DNA of 64,000 nucleotides. Origin: Mayamaea pseudoterrestris. Taxonomy: Eukaryota. The stretch covers positions 682,001 to 746,000 of the forward strand of contig BROI01000012.1 of the NCBI GenBank assembly GCA_027923505.1, given 5' to 3'. This document shows, one piece after another, positions 11,348 to 22,164 of this stretch (position 1 is the first letter of the stretch; the number at the start of each line of letters is the position of its first letter). The translations under genes were made by a program, and so were the position numbers. Under the pieces are notes generated by a model, which saw only the letters and a program-made list of their open reading frames with translations, was not told the origin of the DNA and did not search any database.

Positions 11348-12535
11348 ATGACAGGCTCACCATCATCTCGTCTAACAGCACAACCTCAACAGGTTCGCGT
11401 ACTTATAGCCGCAACCGCGACGGCTGGTGTGCTGCTAGTCCCGCATGTCAAGCCGTTAGTGCAATCGCTTTCTGCCTTCTGCCGGAGACTCTACCACCAA
11501 TGGTTCGTCTTGACCATTCATCAGGCGAAACCATCCGTTCACGGCAATGGGTCTGGTACCATCAGTCAGTTGAGTATACATCCGGTCAAATCGCTTCGAG
11601 CCGTCCCGCAGGAGACTGCCATTTTAGACGCCAAGGGCTTGAGCGGCGACCGACGATTCATGATGGTGGTTCCTAATCCACCTCTTTATCAAGGATACAC
11701 CGACCCGAGTCAAGCGGAAATGCGATTCTTGACGCAGCGGCAATGTCCGCTACTGGCGACTGTGGTTGTAAAAGTGTCAGGCGATGGCTCGACCATGACA
11801 CTGTCGACCGACAATCTGCCGGGACGAACTGTTTCGTTTTCCACTCGACCGCCAAACGATGCTCAAACATATCGTTCGACCCTTTGGGGCGACACGGTTC
11901 TAGTTGAAGATATGGGAGAAGACGCTGCACTATTTCTACAAGCCCTGGCGGCAGCAGATCCAGACTGCCCGGCAAATGTCGCAAATAGTGTTCGATTGGT
12001 CAAGCAAGCTCCAAACGATGCTCGATCCGCAAACGAACTCTACGTTCCCGGTGCAGTCTCTGCAGCCAACGGCATATTGAGCAAGCACTATAAGCCACCC
12101 GTGGCGCTCTCAGATGGCTTTCCCATTCTCATTGCAAGCGAGGCGAGCTTGGAGGAACTTAACCGCCGACTTGTTGCCAGAAACAAGGCACCCATTGACA
12201 TGACTCGCTTCCGCCCCAACATTGTCGTTCGTGGAACCAAACCATTTGAGGAAGACCACTGGAAGGTTATTCGCATCAATGACGTTGTCATGCACGTGGT
12301 CAAGGGATGTCCCCGCTGCAAACAGAGCTGCACGGATCAAACCACTGGACAAGTTTCCGACGAGCCTCTACAGACTCTGACCGAGTTTCGCGCATTGAAT
12401 CCAGCAAACGCGGCTGACGTGTTCTTTGGACAAAACATATTGCTGGAACCAGGCATGGAAGGCAGGAATGTCAAAGTGGGTGACGAGTTGACAGTTCTGC
12501 AGTGGACTAATAAGCCCGTGTATGAAGGTGATTGA
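11348..12535 (+). CDS. MOSC-domain protein (mARC-like molybdoprotein)
   Basis: ISQLSIHPVKS, GDRRFM, FLTQRQCP, DGFPILIASEASL, RFRPNIVV, CPRCKQ, FFGQN. Confidence 0.92.
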   Translation: MTGSPSSRLTAQPQQVRVLIAATATAGVLLVPHVKPLVQSLSAFCRRLYHQWFVLTIHQAKPSVHGNGSGTISQLSIHPVKSLRAVPQETAILDAKGLSGDRRFMMVVPNPPLYQGYTDPSQAEMRFLTQRQCPLLATVVVKVSGDGSTMTLSTDNLPGRTVSFSTRPPNDAQTYRSTLWGDTVLVEDMGEDAALFLQALAAADPDCPANVANSVRLVKQAPNDARSANELYVPGAVSAANGILSKHYKPPVALSDGFPILIASEASLEELNRRLVARNKAPIDMTRFRPNIVVRGTKPFEEDHWKVIRINDVVMHVVKGCPRCKQSCTDQTTGQVSDEPLQTLTEFRALNPANAADVFFGQNILLEPGMEGRNVKVGDELTVLQWTNKPVYEGD

Positions 12536-12697
12536 GCAAACCATTTTTTTGCTAATAAAACATTGTTAGTTATTAGTTAGTCAAGTCGAATGATTGATAT
12601 TATGCTGATCCAAGTGGCGCAATATTTCAAGTTTATAGCTACGGTAGAACCGCATGAATCGTGAAGCAAAAACAGGTGCCGGTGCGTCACTATGTCG

Positions 12698-12901
12698 ATC
12701 ACGTGATTCAAAATCGTCGTTGCACGTCCTTCCCAAATGCCAGACTCGTTCTCGCCGAGGTGCTCTTCCAACAACGGCTTGCAACGAGAAATTAACAACA
12801 ACGCGGATCTTTTCAAGAACGTTCTCGGATGACCATTGCTGGTCAAATGTGATCGCTTGTTGGAGCACGTTCCGAGGAAAGACGCACTTGCATCGCAACG
12901 T
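12698..12901 (+). promoter_or_regulatory. Cluster of five ACGT-core (semi)palindromes upstream of METE; candidate cis-elements
   Basis: ATCACGTGAT (12698), GCACGTCCTTC (12722), AGAACGTTCT (12816), GGAGCACGTTCC (12862), CAACGTTT (12896), all within about 270 bp of the ATG. Confidence 0.45.
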
Positions 12902-12969
12902 TTTGGCGGTCACATTCCTCAACACCACCTGATACTGTACCTCATCCTCTGCTGCTTTGAACTATCAAC

Positions 12970-15299
12970 ATGACTCTTGTCCGCACGTCAACTCTGGGGT
13001 ACCCACGCATGGGTCCCAATCGTGAGCTCAAATTTGCGCTCGAAAAGTTTTGGAAAGGACAGACACAAGCCGATGACCTTCTCAAGGTTGCCCAAGAGAT
13101 CGAGCATGCCGCCTGGAAGTTGCAAAAGGATGCAGGCATTGACCTAATCACCGTCGGCGACCACTACTTGTACGATATGGTCTTGGCATGGAGTGAAAGT
13201 CTCGGTCTCAGCCCCAAGCGCTTTGAAGGACTCGCGCCTGGCTTGCAACGCTTGTTCGCCATGGCCCGCGGGGTTGATGGCGCTGAAGCGCTGAGTAAGT
13301 ATCATGTCGGTCAATCAATTGTTGCGTATTATAGTGACCCGCTGACACACCTTCTCACATCTCTCTTTTAGGCATGAAGAAGTGGATTACGAGCAACTAT
13401 CATTACATGGTCCCCGAGTTTGATGAGTCCACCAAGATCAAGGCTGATTTTTCGACGTTCCTTTCCGATGTTGAACGAGGCGTCAAATTTCTTGGAAAAG
13501 AAACGGCGTCGCCTGTGGTGCTTGGACCAGTCTCCTTGGCGTACTTCACCAAGATGTCGTGTGGCGACAAGACATCATTGCTTGCTTCACTAATTCCCGA
13601 GTACACGAAGCTTATCGCGGCGCTGAGCGCACTTGGCGTGCATGAGGTTCAGATCCATGAACCTGCCTTGGTGTTCGACGACAGCGAGCTACTGCCGCTG
13701 TTCAGCCAGGCATACCCCGCCATCCTATCGGCAAGCGGTCCGCGCATCAACATGGTGTCTTTCATGGATGATGTTGGCGAGAAGAACTACCAGTGGCTCA
13801 TCGCACAGCCCACCATCAAAGTCTTGTCTCTTGACTTTACACGCGGAAACAATCTTGGCCTCATCAAGAAGCACGGATTTTCCGACGACAAGGTACTCGG
13901 CGCTGGGGTTATCGACAGCCGCAACGTTTGGAAAGTCCAGCCATCGGTGGTGTCTGCGCTGCTCACTGAACTGAAGGGACTCGTTTCTTCCGAGCTTCGC
14001 ATTCAACCGTCTGGATCGATGCAGTACAATCCGTGGGACCTTGAGTGCGAGAAGGACATTCTGAGCAAACCAGTTGGCCGTGTACTTGCCTTTGCCAAGC
14101 AAAAACTATCCGAAATTCAGATCCTCGCCAAGGCTACGAACGGCGACGAGCAAGCTCTAAAAGAGCACACTGAAGCGTGGGCAGCTTACAAGAAGACGGT
14201 CGTCACAACAAACGGCAACTTGTACAGCGAAAACGACTTTCAGCGGGCCGAGCAGTACCGCGCCCGACGCCCCAAGCAGCTTCCAGGCGTCGCCCTTTTG
14301 CCAACGACCACTATTGGCTCGTTCCCTCAAACGACGCAAATTCGCAGTCTCCGAACGCAAATGAAAAAGGGAAAGATGACCAAGGCAGAGTATGAAGCCG
14401 CCATTGACAAGCAGATTGCTTACGCAATTGGTCTTCAGGAGGCGCTTGGGCTCGACATTTTGGTTCACGGCGAGGCGGAGCGCACGGACATGGTTGAGTT
14501 CTTTGCGCAGCAGATGGAAGGCATGCTCTTCACCACCAACGGATGGGTCCAGTCGTTCGGGTCTCGCTGTGTTCGTCCTCCCATTATTCACATGGACATT
14601 ACCCGGCCCAATCCAATGACTGTCCGCGAGTTCAAGGTTGCGCAAGACCTCACCAGCAAACCAGTAAAAGGAATGTTGACTGGTCCAATCACTATCCTCA
14701 ACTGGTCGTTCCCGCGCGTCGACATTTCCCGCAAGGACCAGGCCTTCCAGTTGGCCGTGGCGATTCGTAAGGAGATTGCTGACTTAGAGGCGGCCTGCTG
14801 CAAGGTCATTCAAGTGGACGAGCCAGCGCTCCGCGAAGGCATGCCGCTTCGCGCCAGCGACCGGGACGAGTATCTTGGCTGGGCAGTGGACGCTTTCCGC
14901 CTCGCCACAGCCGGTGCCTCGAGCGAGACGCAGATTCATACGCACATGTGCTATTGCGAGTTCAAGGACTGCATGAATGCGATCGACCGCTTGGATACGG
15001 ACGTGAACTCCATTGAGAATGCTCGCAGCAGCAATGAGACGCTCGAGGCGTTTGTTGGTATCAATTACCAAAAGGGCTTTGGCCCGGGTGTGTATGACAT
15101 TCACTCGCCAGTCATTCCTCCAGTGGAGTTTATGGAGAACAAGATCAAGAGCTTCCTTGAATGCTTGGACATTGAGCAGCTCGTGGTCAATCCTGACTGC
15201 GGATTGAAGACCCGCACTTGGCCTGAAACGGTTGGCGCCTTGAAAAACATGGTTGAAGCGACAAAGAACGTTCGCAAGGCGCTCGGTGTTGCGGCTTAG
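12970..15299 (+). CDS. METE: Cobalamin-independent methionine synthase. Exons 12970-13294, 13372-15299
   Basis: LGYPRMGPNRELKFALEKFW, KWITSNYHYMVPE, PTTTIGSFPQT, LVHGEAERTDMVEFF, IHTHMCYCEF, VNPDCGLKTR. GTAAGT...TTTAG intron 13295-13371 restores the frame. Confidence 0.98.
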
Positions 15300-15963
15300 T
15301 TGAGTAGCAAGTAGTGTAATTCACGCTAATTGAAAGCTTTGGACTGGCATATTTGTAGTAGTATAAATAGACAAAATGATAAAGGCATGGTGGATAGATT
15401 GTCTTTCGTCTCTATATCAGCTTTGGATCGTTGATCGTTGAGTGAGCAATGTGCGGTGCATTCTCGCTTAATTTTCACAGCGATACTGGCATCAGTTATA
15501 CTGCGTCAAATGGAGAATAATTTGCAACGGTAGTACAACGAGTGAATGCCTTCTGACACAACAAAGTGGTATATACAGGCAAACACTACAGTGCTGATTT
15601 GGTCATGCTCTTATGATGGATGATCGCGCAACGCGCAACCCCGCGCCGTCGCGGCGACGGCGCAGTAAAGAGAACGTCGGACTGGTATTGAAATCGTTTG
15701 CCAAGATTCAAAAGTGAAACGCGACTGGAAGGATGACGACGAAAAAGGTCGAACGACTCTCACGAAATCGCATGTCGTCCGATCCGATCACCGCAAACAT
15801 CACCCACGACAGTTTAACAGAGCGTCTATATCTGACCATTTATAGCCCTTGAAGATTGCAAGCGAGAAACGACAGAATCCTACCTAGCTTTTGTGGCATG
15901 ACTCGAAATCGATTTCAACCAAGACGATCGGTGGCGTTTCGGCCGACTTTAGAAGAAACCATC

Positions 15964-18420
15964 ATGTCGACTAGCGACGACCAGGATACAGCCCCCGATG
16001 AAACGAGACCGCTAGTGACCCCTCCACGAGTACGAAGGAATGCGATAATTACAAGGGTGCGAGATGTTAGCGATGATGATGATGCAGCAGTGTCATCGGC
16101 GTCGTCGACCGACATGGCAGAAGATTTGCAAGGCCCCTTGTCACCCGTGTCTCCTTCATCGAGCAGCAAACGCAGCAACAATAGTAACAGAAGCGACCAA
16201 GTCAAGGATAGTAAAGCAGAAGGCTTGATTCTTTCGGTGCTCGATCACCTAGAGGACGACTGGGACGAGTACACCTATCTCGATCTTGTTCCAATCGAGC
16301 TGCGCGTAAGTCTTGAGGAAAGGCTCTTTGGCTGGAACCACTTGGTGTCTTCTTTCTTTGGACATACGCTTTACTGCGTGGGAGCCTTTGTACTTGCATT
16401 TGGTGCAATATGCTATTTTTTGCCATCATTAGTTTGGACGAGGCGCGTGGTCGGTTTCACCGCTGGCTTTTCCGCCTTTCGCATGGTGAGACGCCGACGG
16501 CGTGTTTGGATGAAGCATGCCTACGGCAGTAAAGCCTACCGTAGAGACAGCATGAGACGTTTACAAAACGTTCGACAAGCTGACACGGGGTGGTTGAGCC
16601 AGCTACGAAGGAATCGACAGCGCAAACGAGCTGCCAAGCAGTTGCGCAAGGCCGAGACGCAGTTTCAGCGTCATCATACAAGGCAATTACAACGAGCTGA
16701 GACGACTCCGACTTCATCGCACGACGACAAATTATCCCCGCGATCTCTGCAAAGAAATAGGCGGGCATCTCGTATGTCATTTCGAACGGATCCTGTTGCC
16801 GTCATGGAATCGATTCAGCAAGACCAAATTGTCTTTGCCAGCGGACCAATTAAGCGTATGCCGTATAGTCACGGCGGATTTTTTGCAGCGGCTCCTTTCC
16901 TTTTGGCAAATCCACACTGGCTATCGATACTACGTCATTTGATGCCTGATGTGTACGTGGAAATATCTCGTCGAGTTGCTACGGCACCCATGCAACAATT
17001 GATTCATTGGGCAGAAAACAACCCCGTTGTTGCGGCTTATGGCTCCGCCCAAGAGCTTGAATTTGACGGGAAAATCAGTAACTTTGAGTGGGACGTCTTT
17101 TTAGATCCTGCGCTTGTTGCCAAGGTAACACTAGTACTGGAACAACGAGATAAGTTTCTTGATTCCATTGGCCTATCTGTGACCAAGCCCATGGACAAGA
17201 TTTACCTACCAGTTGACTTGCCTGATCAAGATAAAGGTATCTTGAAGTACTATAACAAACAACTGATGAAGAGGTCACAAGAATTGGTTGATCGAATGCT
17301 GATTGCTCACGGAAATCTGACACAGTTGATTATTGAGCAGACTGGGTACCTTAAACATTACAACTACTCTCGCGTCAAGCGGACGCGACGAACATTGGGC
17401 GGCGGCATTTATGCGAAGCAGTGGATGTCTGTCTACGCTGAAAGCTTGCGCATTGGCGTTCGGGACGATTGGGGTAACGCCAGTAGTCCGGAAAGGAGCC
17501 CCGAGCGCATCATGAGCATGGGACCGCTTGAGCCAGCTTTCGCTGCCATGAATGCTACCATTGAGGATGCTGTTGCGGTGGTACAAAACATTGCCAAATG
17601 TAACCATCCCATTGGATTGGTTCTAGACCTTAAGTCTCGCCACGTTCCCAAGCCAGTTTGGGCATGCGTTGTTGATACTCTGCGGAAAGCTGGTGTCCGC
17701 GTCGAAGCTGTCGGTTCCTTTGTCAATGAAGACGTTCGCGGCGTGAGTCAATATAGCATCAAGCCAGTAACCGAGGTCCTATTCTTTCACTCCGCAGGTG
17801 ACTTGCAGGCCGCTTGTCATGCGGGTCAAGTACAGCCTGGCGACTCGGTCTTTTTCAATGCCGGTAGCCTGTTGTATCGTCCATCGACGCAATCGTCCAT
17901 TGAAACTCTTCGCAACGCTTGTTTTTCGCATTTCGACTCTGAGCAGGTCAAACACGCGTACCAAATACTTCCATTTGCGAAGCCTTGCTCGCGATCGGAG
18001 AAAAATGCGACTTGCAGCACTCTTGAGCACTACAAGATGCGGTTTAATCTTTCAATTGGCATGTACGTTCAAGAATTTGCTATTGACGACGCTGCTGCCT
18101 CTATCTTAGTGGAACATGTAAACCGTCACTCTACGATCTTCGACCTTGGCCTTTCTTGGGGAGGTATCAATGGTATCTGCATTCGGGGCATTCGTCCTGA
18201 TCGGTACACGAGTACCGACGGATTCTGGAACCAGCGCTACATTGGCTTGTTGTGGAACTCCAGCCACTTTCCACCAGATTGGTCAGACAGTTTGGAATCT
18301 TCTCTGCCAAGTATTGATACACTCGAGGATCCTGATTTGGATAAACATGACGGCTGGGAGGAGTTGGATGAGACGAAAATGTTGCTCGACGAACGATTAA
18401 TCGAGCTCACTTCACGTTGA
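15964..18420 (+). CDS. Uncharacterised membrane protein; C-terminal globular domain possibly PLC/GDPD-like TIM barrel
   Basis: 818-aa ORF with two N-terminal hydrophobic helices and a basic linker. C-terminal alternating beta/alpha pattern including IGLVLDLKSRH and VEAVGSF. Confidence 0.7.
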   Translation: MSTSDDQDTAPDETRPLVTPPRVRRNAIITRVRDVSDDDDAAVSSASSTDMAEDLQGPLSPVSPSSSSKRSNNSNRSDQVKDSKAEGLILSVLDHLEDDWDEYTYLDLVPIELRVSLEERLFGWNHLVSSFFGHTLYCVGAFVLAFGAICYFLPSLVWTRRVVGFTAGFSAFRMVRRRRRVWMKHAYGSKAYRRDSMRRLQNVRQADTGWLSQLRRNRQRKRAAKQLRKAETQFQRHHTRQLQRAETTPTSSHDDKLSPRSLQRNRRASRMSFRTDPVAVMESIQQDQIVFASGPIKRMPYSHGGFFAAAPFLLANPHWLSILRHLMPDVYVEISRRVATAPMQQLIHWAENNPVVAAYGSAQELEFDGKISNFEWDVFLDPALVAKVTLVLEQRDKFLDSIGLSVTKPMDKIYLPVDLPDQDKGILKYYNKQLMKRSQELVDRMLIAHGNLTQLIIEQTGYLKHYNYSRVKRTRRTLGGGIYAKQWMSVYAESLRIGVRDDWGNASSPERSPERIMSMGPLEPAFAAMNATIEDAVAVVQNIAKCNHPIGLVLDLKSRHVPKPVWACVVDTLRKAGVRVEAVGSFVNEDVRGVSQYSIKPVTEVLFFHSAGDLQAACHAGQVQPGDSVFFNAGSLLYRPSTQSSIETLRNACFSHFDSEQVKHAYQILPFAKPCSRSEKNATCSTLEHYKMRFNLSIGMYVQEFAIDDAAASILVEHVNRHSTIFDLGLSWGGINGICIRGIRPDRYTSTDGFWNQRYIGLLWNSSHFPPDWSDSLESSLPSIDTLEDPDLDKHDGWEELDETKMLLDERLIELTSR

Positions 18421-18970
18421 GCGCATTACTCAGTCACAGAAGACGCTAAAAGCTAAAGATATATAAGAATGGACAGGACGCGTATGTTGCCGACACGATT
18501 TAGCTAAGGCTTTGTCTAGGGTGCCTGCTAGTTCTAAAGTCACGAATGGAGTGTTGATGAAGCAGTTGCTGCGAACACTTCCCCCAAGTGAATGCCACTA
18601 CAAGCACGCACTCCAAGTGTAGTTCTATTCATTGGATTGATGTTGTAATATGATGATATTAGTTTAGTATTTTTAACAGGATAAAGCGCAGCTAGAAAGG
18701 TATCGCCGATGCTTTGGCACGCGGTGGTGATTAGATTTCCTGGGCGATTGGAACCATAAAAGATACACTTTCAGATAGAGTCTAACAAAAGTAGTTTCTG
18801 TCCTAGCAGAAAAAGTAGTGACATGCATAGCGAGCAAGGTCGGGTGATTGTGATGATGTTGAAGATGTGTAGCTTGAGGGAGACAGATGCGTTAGACAGT
18901 CGAGGAAGGCATCGAACGTCGACGCCCCATTGACTTTTGTACCAGCGGCCTCTTCGAAGCATGACTTGGT

Positions 18971-19489
18971 TTACGCCACAATTTCCCGCATGGCTTGCGT
19001 CAAGTGTGGCAGCACGTCCGGATCACTGAGCATGGGAAGGCATGATAGAGGTCCGTGGCGACGGTACGTTTTGAGAAAGTTTCGAAGTGCCTGGCTGCGC
19101 GATCCTCCGTCAATGGACTCCTCGAGTCGCATGACTGTTTCTGGTGATAGTAAACCATGGGCGGTGGGAAAGGAGGGGAGGGTGTCGCAACTGGCGAGTA
19201 CCGAGTTGGAAAGCTGCAGTTGATTCGGCCGAGGATCTTGCTTGATGCGGGGATTACCAGGATTCTTGAGCATCTTTTGGGCAATAAGCGAAGGTGTCTG
19301 CGTTGTAGGAGAGCTGGGAGGCATGTACATGATGGAGGAATGATGTCTCCGGAATGCTTTCTGTGGAGGTGACCAGGCAGTTACGGATTGCCCCGTACAT
19401 ATCAATGCAAAAGCTGCCATGATTAGCGCATGCAAAGGTAAACACCGCGTTGCTGTGCATGAAACTGCTTCTTCGTCTACTTGATACAT
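18971..19489 (-). CDS. Small uncharacterised protein with signal peptide (SVTA-W), probably plastid-targeted
   Basis: Hydrophobic segment ALIMAAFALICTGQSVTA followed by W and an S/P-rich transit-like region; globular C-terminus HGLLSPETV...LPHLTQAMR. Start uncertain. Confidence 0.6.
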   Translation of the reverse strand: MYQVDEEAVSCTATRCLPLHALIMAAFALICTGQSVTAWSPPQKAFRRHHSSIMYMPPSSPTTQTPSLIAQKMLKNPGNPRIKQDPRPNQLQLSNSVLASCDTLPSFPTAHGLLSPETVMRLEESIDGGSRSQALRNFLKTYRRHGPLSCLPMLSDPDVLPHLTQAMREIVA

Positions 19490-20169
19490 TCTCAGTCGAT
19501 ATAGGTATGATAGTGCCTGTACGAGTATGTCTTGTCTTTCCTTTGGACGAGTTTGTTGTGTGGCAAGTGTGGTGATGGTTGCGAATGGATCTGTTTTGAA
19601 CTTGCGTACGTGTCGCCTTGACGACTCGTTTATTGGCCACTCCACAGCCATACGATTGGGACGCCCGGCTGAATTGAATGGTGAACTCCTTTCCATTCGA
19701 CTGTGAATGCATAAGCAACTGTTGTTGAAGTAAATCTGAATCCAAAGGAGTTGGATGGCGTCGAAATTTCGTTCGGGAATACTTAACAGGGGCTTCTGTA
19801 GACTTCTATGGCATTCTGATGCATTCTTACTTCGTGTTCCCACTGTAGCTCAAGATGTACTATGGTCATCATCGAGAGTCATTTTTAGTCGTCTTTTGAC
19901 GTCGGAGACACTCAAGGTGCAAGCTTTAACATAGCCTGACATTCTTGATATCGTAAGATTTCTCATTGTGTCAGCTGAAACGGCTGATGGCGTTACAATG
20001 GCGTGCTACGAATGTCGCAGCGGTTAATGCAACGGCCCTGGCGATCTTGTGAGCTGCAACGCATGCACCCGCCGAAGCGATGAGTGTCACCTTTCGCTTG
20101 CAATCGTAGCTTACAAGGTTGCCTTGCGTACGGATATTCTTGGCCACTTCCAACTGACTCATCAATAAG

Positions 20170-20811
20170 ATGAGGGTTGTTTTCCTGCTTGGAATTTCGT
20201 TTGCTGGGACGCATGGCTTTGTCGCAACAGGCCCGCTGCTAAAGTCGTCGACGCAGCTCAATGGCCTCTTTGACAAGTTCACAGGAGGTGGATCCGCTGA
20301 CAAGGAGGCTTTGGACGAGCAGTTTCGCATACAGCAAGAGATACTGGCGGCACGACGTGCACCCAAGGATGAGCGCGATAAATACTTTGAAAAGGTGGAG
20401 AAGCGACGCGTCGAAGCTAGCAAGAAGCAAAACGACATGTGGGGCTGGCAAACCAAGCAGTACGCTAAGGGAGAAGACCCATTGACGGAATGGAAAAAAC
20501 AACGCGCCAAGGGGACAATTTCGGATCTTGATGACCAGTATGGCGACCCAAAAGAGATTGGAGGCATTCCGATTCCTGGAGCAAGTTTTGGTGTCGGCGG
20601 AGAATTTGGTGTTGGCGGCAAGTTTGACAACGGCGGACGATTTGATCTACGACTACCGTATGCCGATCAAGGTTATGTGGACGACGATGCAGACTTTATG
20701 AAAAAGCTTACATCCATCTTCGGAGGCAATAAAAAGGCACAAAAGGACGCTGCACCGGTAGCGCCTCCAAAGGAAGAACCAAAGAAAAAGAAGGGGTGGT
20801 TTGAGTTTTAA
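20170..20811 (+). CDS. Plastid-targeted protein of unknown function
   Basis: Signal peptide MRVVFLLGISFAGTHG followed by F; body GGIPIPGASFGVGG...RFDLRLPYADQGYVD; ends KKKKGWFEF. Confidence 0.8.
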   Translation: MRVVFLLGISFAGTHGFVATGPLLKSSTQLNGLFDKFTGGGSADKEALDEQFRIQQEILAARRAPKDERDKYFEKVEKRRVEASKKQNDMWGWQTKQYAKGEDPLTEWKKQRAKGTISDLDDQYGDPKEIGGIPIPGASFGVGGEFGVGGKFDNGGRFDLRLPYADQGYVDDDADFMKKLTSIFGGNKKAQKDAAPVAPPKEEPKKKKGWFEF

Positions 20812-20903
20812 CCTGATTGTCTACACATGACAACCGACTCGGACATACCCACTCAGACAGAACGCAGAACTATGACACATAAACTAAATACAAATGCATG
20901 AAG

Positions 20904-21806
20904 CTATTTCTTCCTTGTCCGCTTTACACTTGTACCAGCTTTTATTTGTTCCGTCGTTCCGCTTGTCGTTGCTCGCTTTTTCATGGGCAATGGTGCGACG
21001 GCCCTTTCAAACACCAAGGCTTGCTTGTTAGATGTGGACTCGTCAAACGCATAACCCTCCTCATTGAATCTTTGGACATCCTCGAGACTTTCAACGTCAT
21101 TTTCCGACATGAACTTGCACATTAATCCTCTAGCTCGCTTTGCGTGAACCGCCACGACTCGTCCTTGGTCTTTAAAGACAACCTTGACGAACTGCCCAGG
21201 CAAGGCCGTGTCGTCAACTGCAGCCGCATATTCATCACTCGCCAAGTTCAATAATATAGGCAGTGAGCGAGTCTTTAGATCGGCTGAAAGTGATTCTGTG
21301 ACTGACTCTTTCCAATAGTCGGCGAGCTTGATGGACGTGTCGTGAGCAAGTGCCTTTTTGGTCGCCATTTCGAGTCGATAGGGTTGCATCATGTCCAGAG
21401 GCCTTAATACTCCGTACACTGGATCAATAATTCGCAGATTAATTTGTAAATACTTGAGAGCCTTGTCGCTGCGCTGCTGAATGTCGAGGCCTTGGTAGGC
21501 CGCACCGGAAAAGCTAAAAATGCTGGGCTTGGTGTTTTCTTCTGTCGGCGGAGATGCGACATCGAATCGCTCCCAATACTCGCGACTGGTTTTCGCCAAG
21601 GCTGCAGATATCCCCAGCAAACTCTTTAGTTCACTTTCCGTCCGTTCCTTCATGGCTTGCGCGACTTGTGCCGTTTGCTTTGGATTGCAGTCTGGTAGCG
21701 TCGTAGGCGGCAACGACGGTCGAGTCAGTGGCGATAAGTCAAGCGTCTTGGCAGGAGAAAGTATCATCATAATGCCTCTACTTTTCATCATAGATGCTTT
21801 GGTCAT
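20904..21806 (-). CDS. yaaA: YaaA/UPF0246 peroxide-stress DNA-binding protein
   Basis: ILSPAKTLD, FSGAAYQGLD, YGVLRPLDMMQPYRLEM, LNLASDEY, AKRARGLM. Confidence 0.92.
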   Translation of the reverse strand: MTKASMMKSRGIMMILSPAKTLDLSPLTRPSLPPTTLPDCNPKQTAQVAQAMKERTESELKSLLGISAALAKTSREYWERFDVASPPTEENTKPSIFSFSGAAYQGLDIQQRSDKALKYLQINLRIIDPVYGVLRPLDMMQPYRLEMATKKALAHDTSIKLADYWKESVTESLSADLKTRSLPILLNLASDEYAAAVDDTALPGQFVKVVFKDQGRVVAVHAKRARGLMCKFMSENDVESLEDVQRFNEEGYAFDESTSNKQALVFERAVAPLPMKKRATTSGTTEQIKAGTSVKRTRKK

Positions 21807-22164
21807 TGTCGATGCAACGAGAAGGAGCTGGGTGGTCAAGTAAGGGAAGAGTAATGGCTGCATTCTCTGCACGTCCTCGCCATGGTGAGCGATGATTTGC
21901 CATGGCGCGCCGTCGCGCGCGATGACGTGTCCATGTCGCAGCGATACAACATGACTGACGTCAACTTGATGTTCCGCGCTGTGCATCGCGATGCAGCATC
22001 ATGTTTCGACAATGGCGGTCAATCCATGATGCAAAGCTAAAGAAACCACATGATTTCTACAGTACTACATAGAACCATTGTCACCTAAACCAAATCTTAA
22101 GGCGATCCGCGCCAATCATTAAACCATCGAAATATTACGTCACAGAGGCTCAAAGAAAGCTGAC

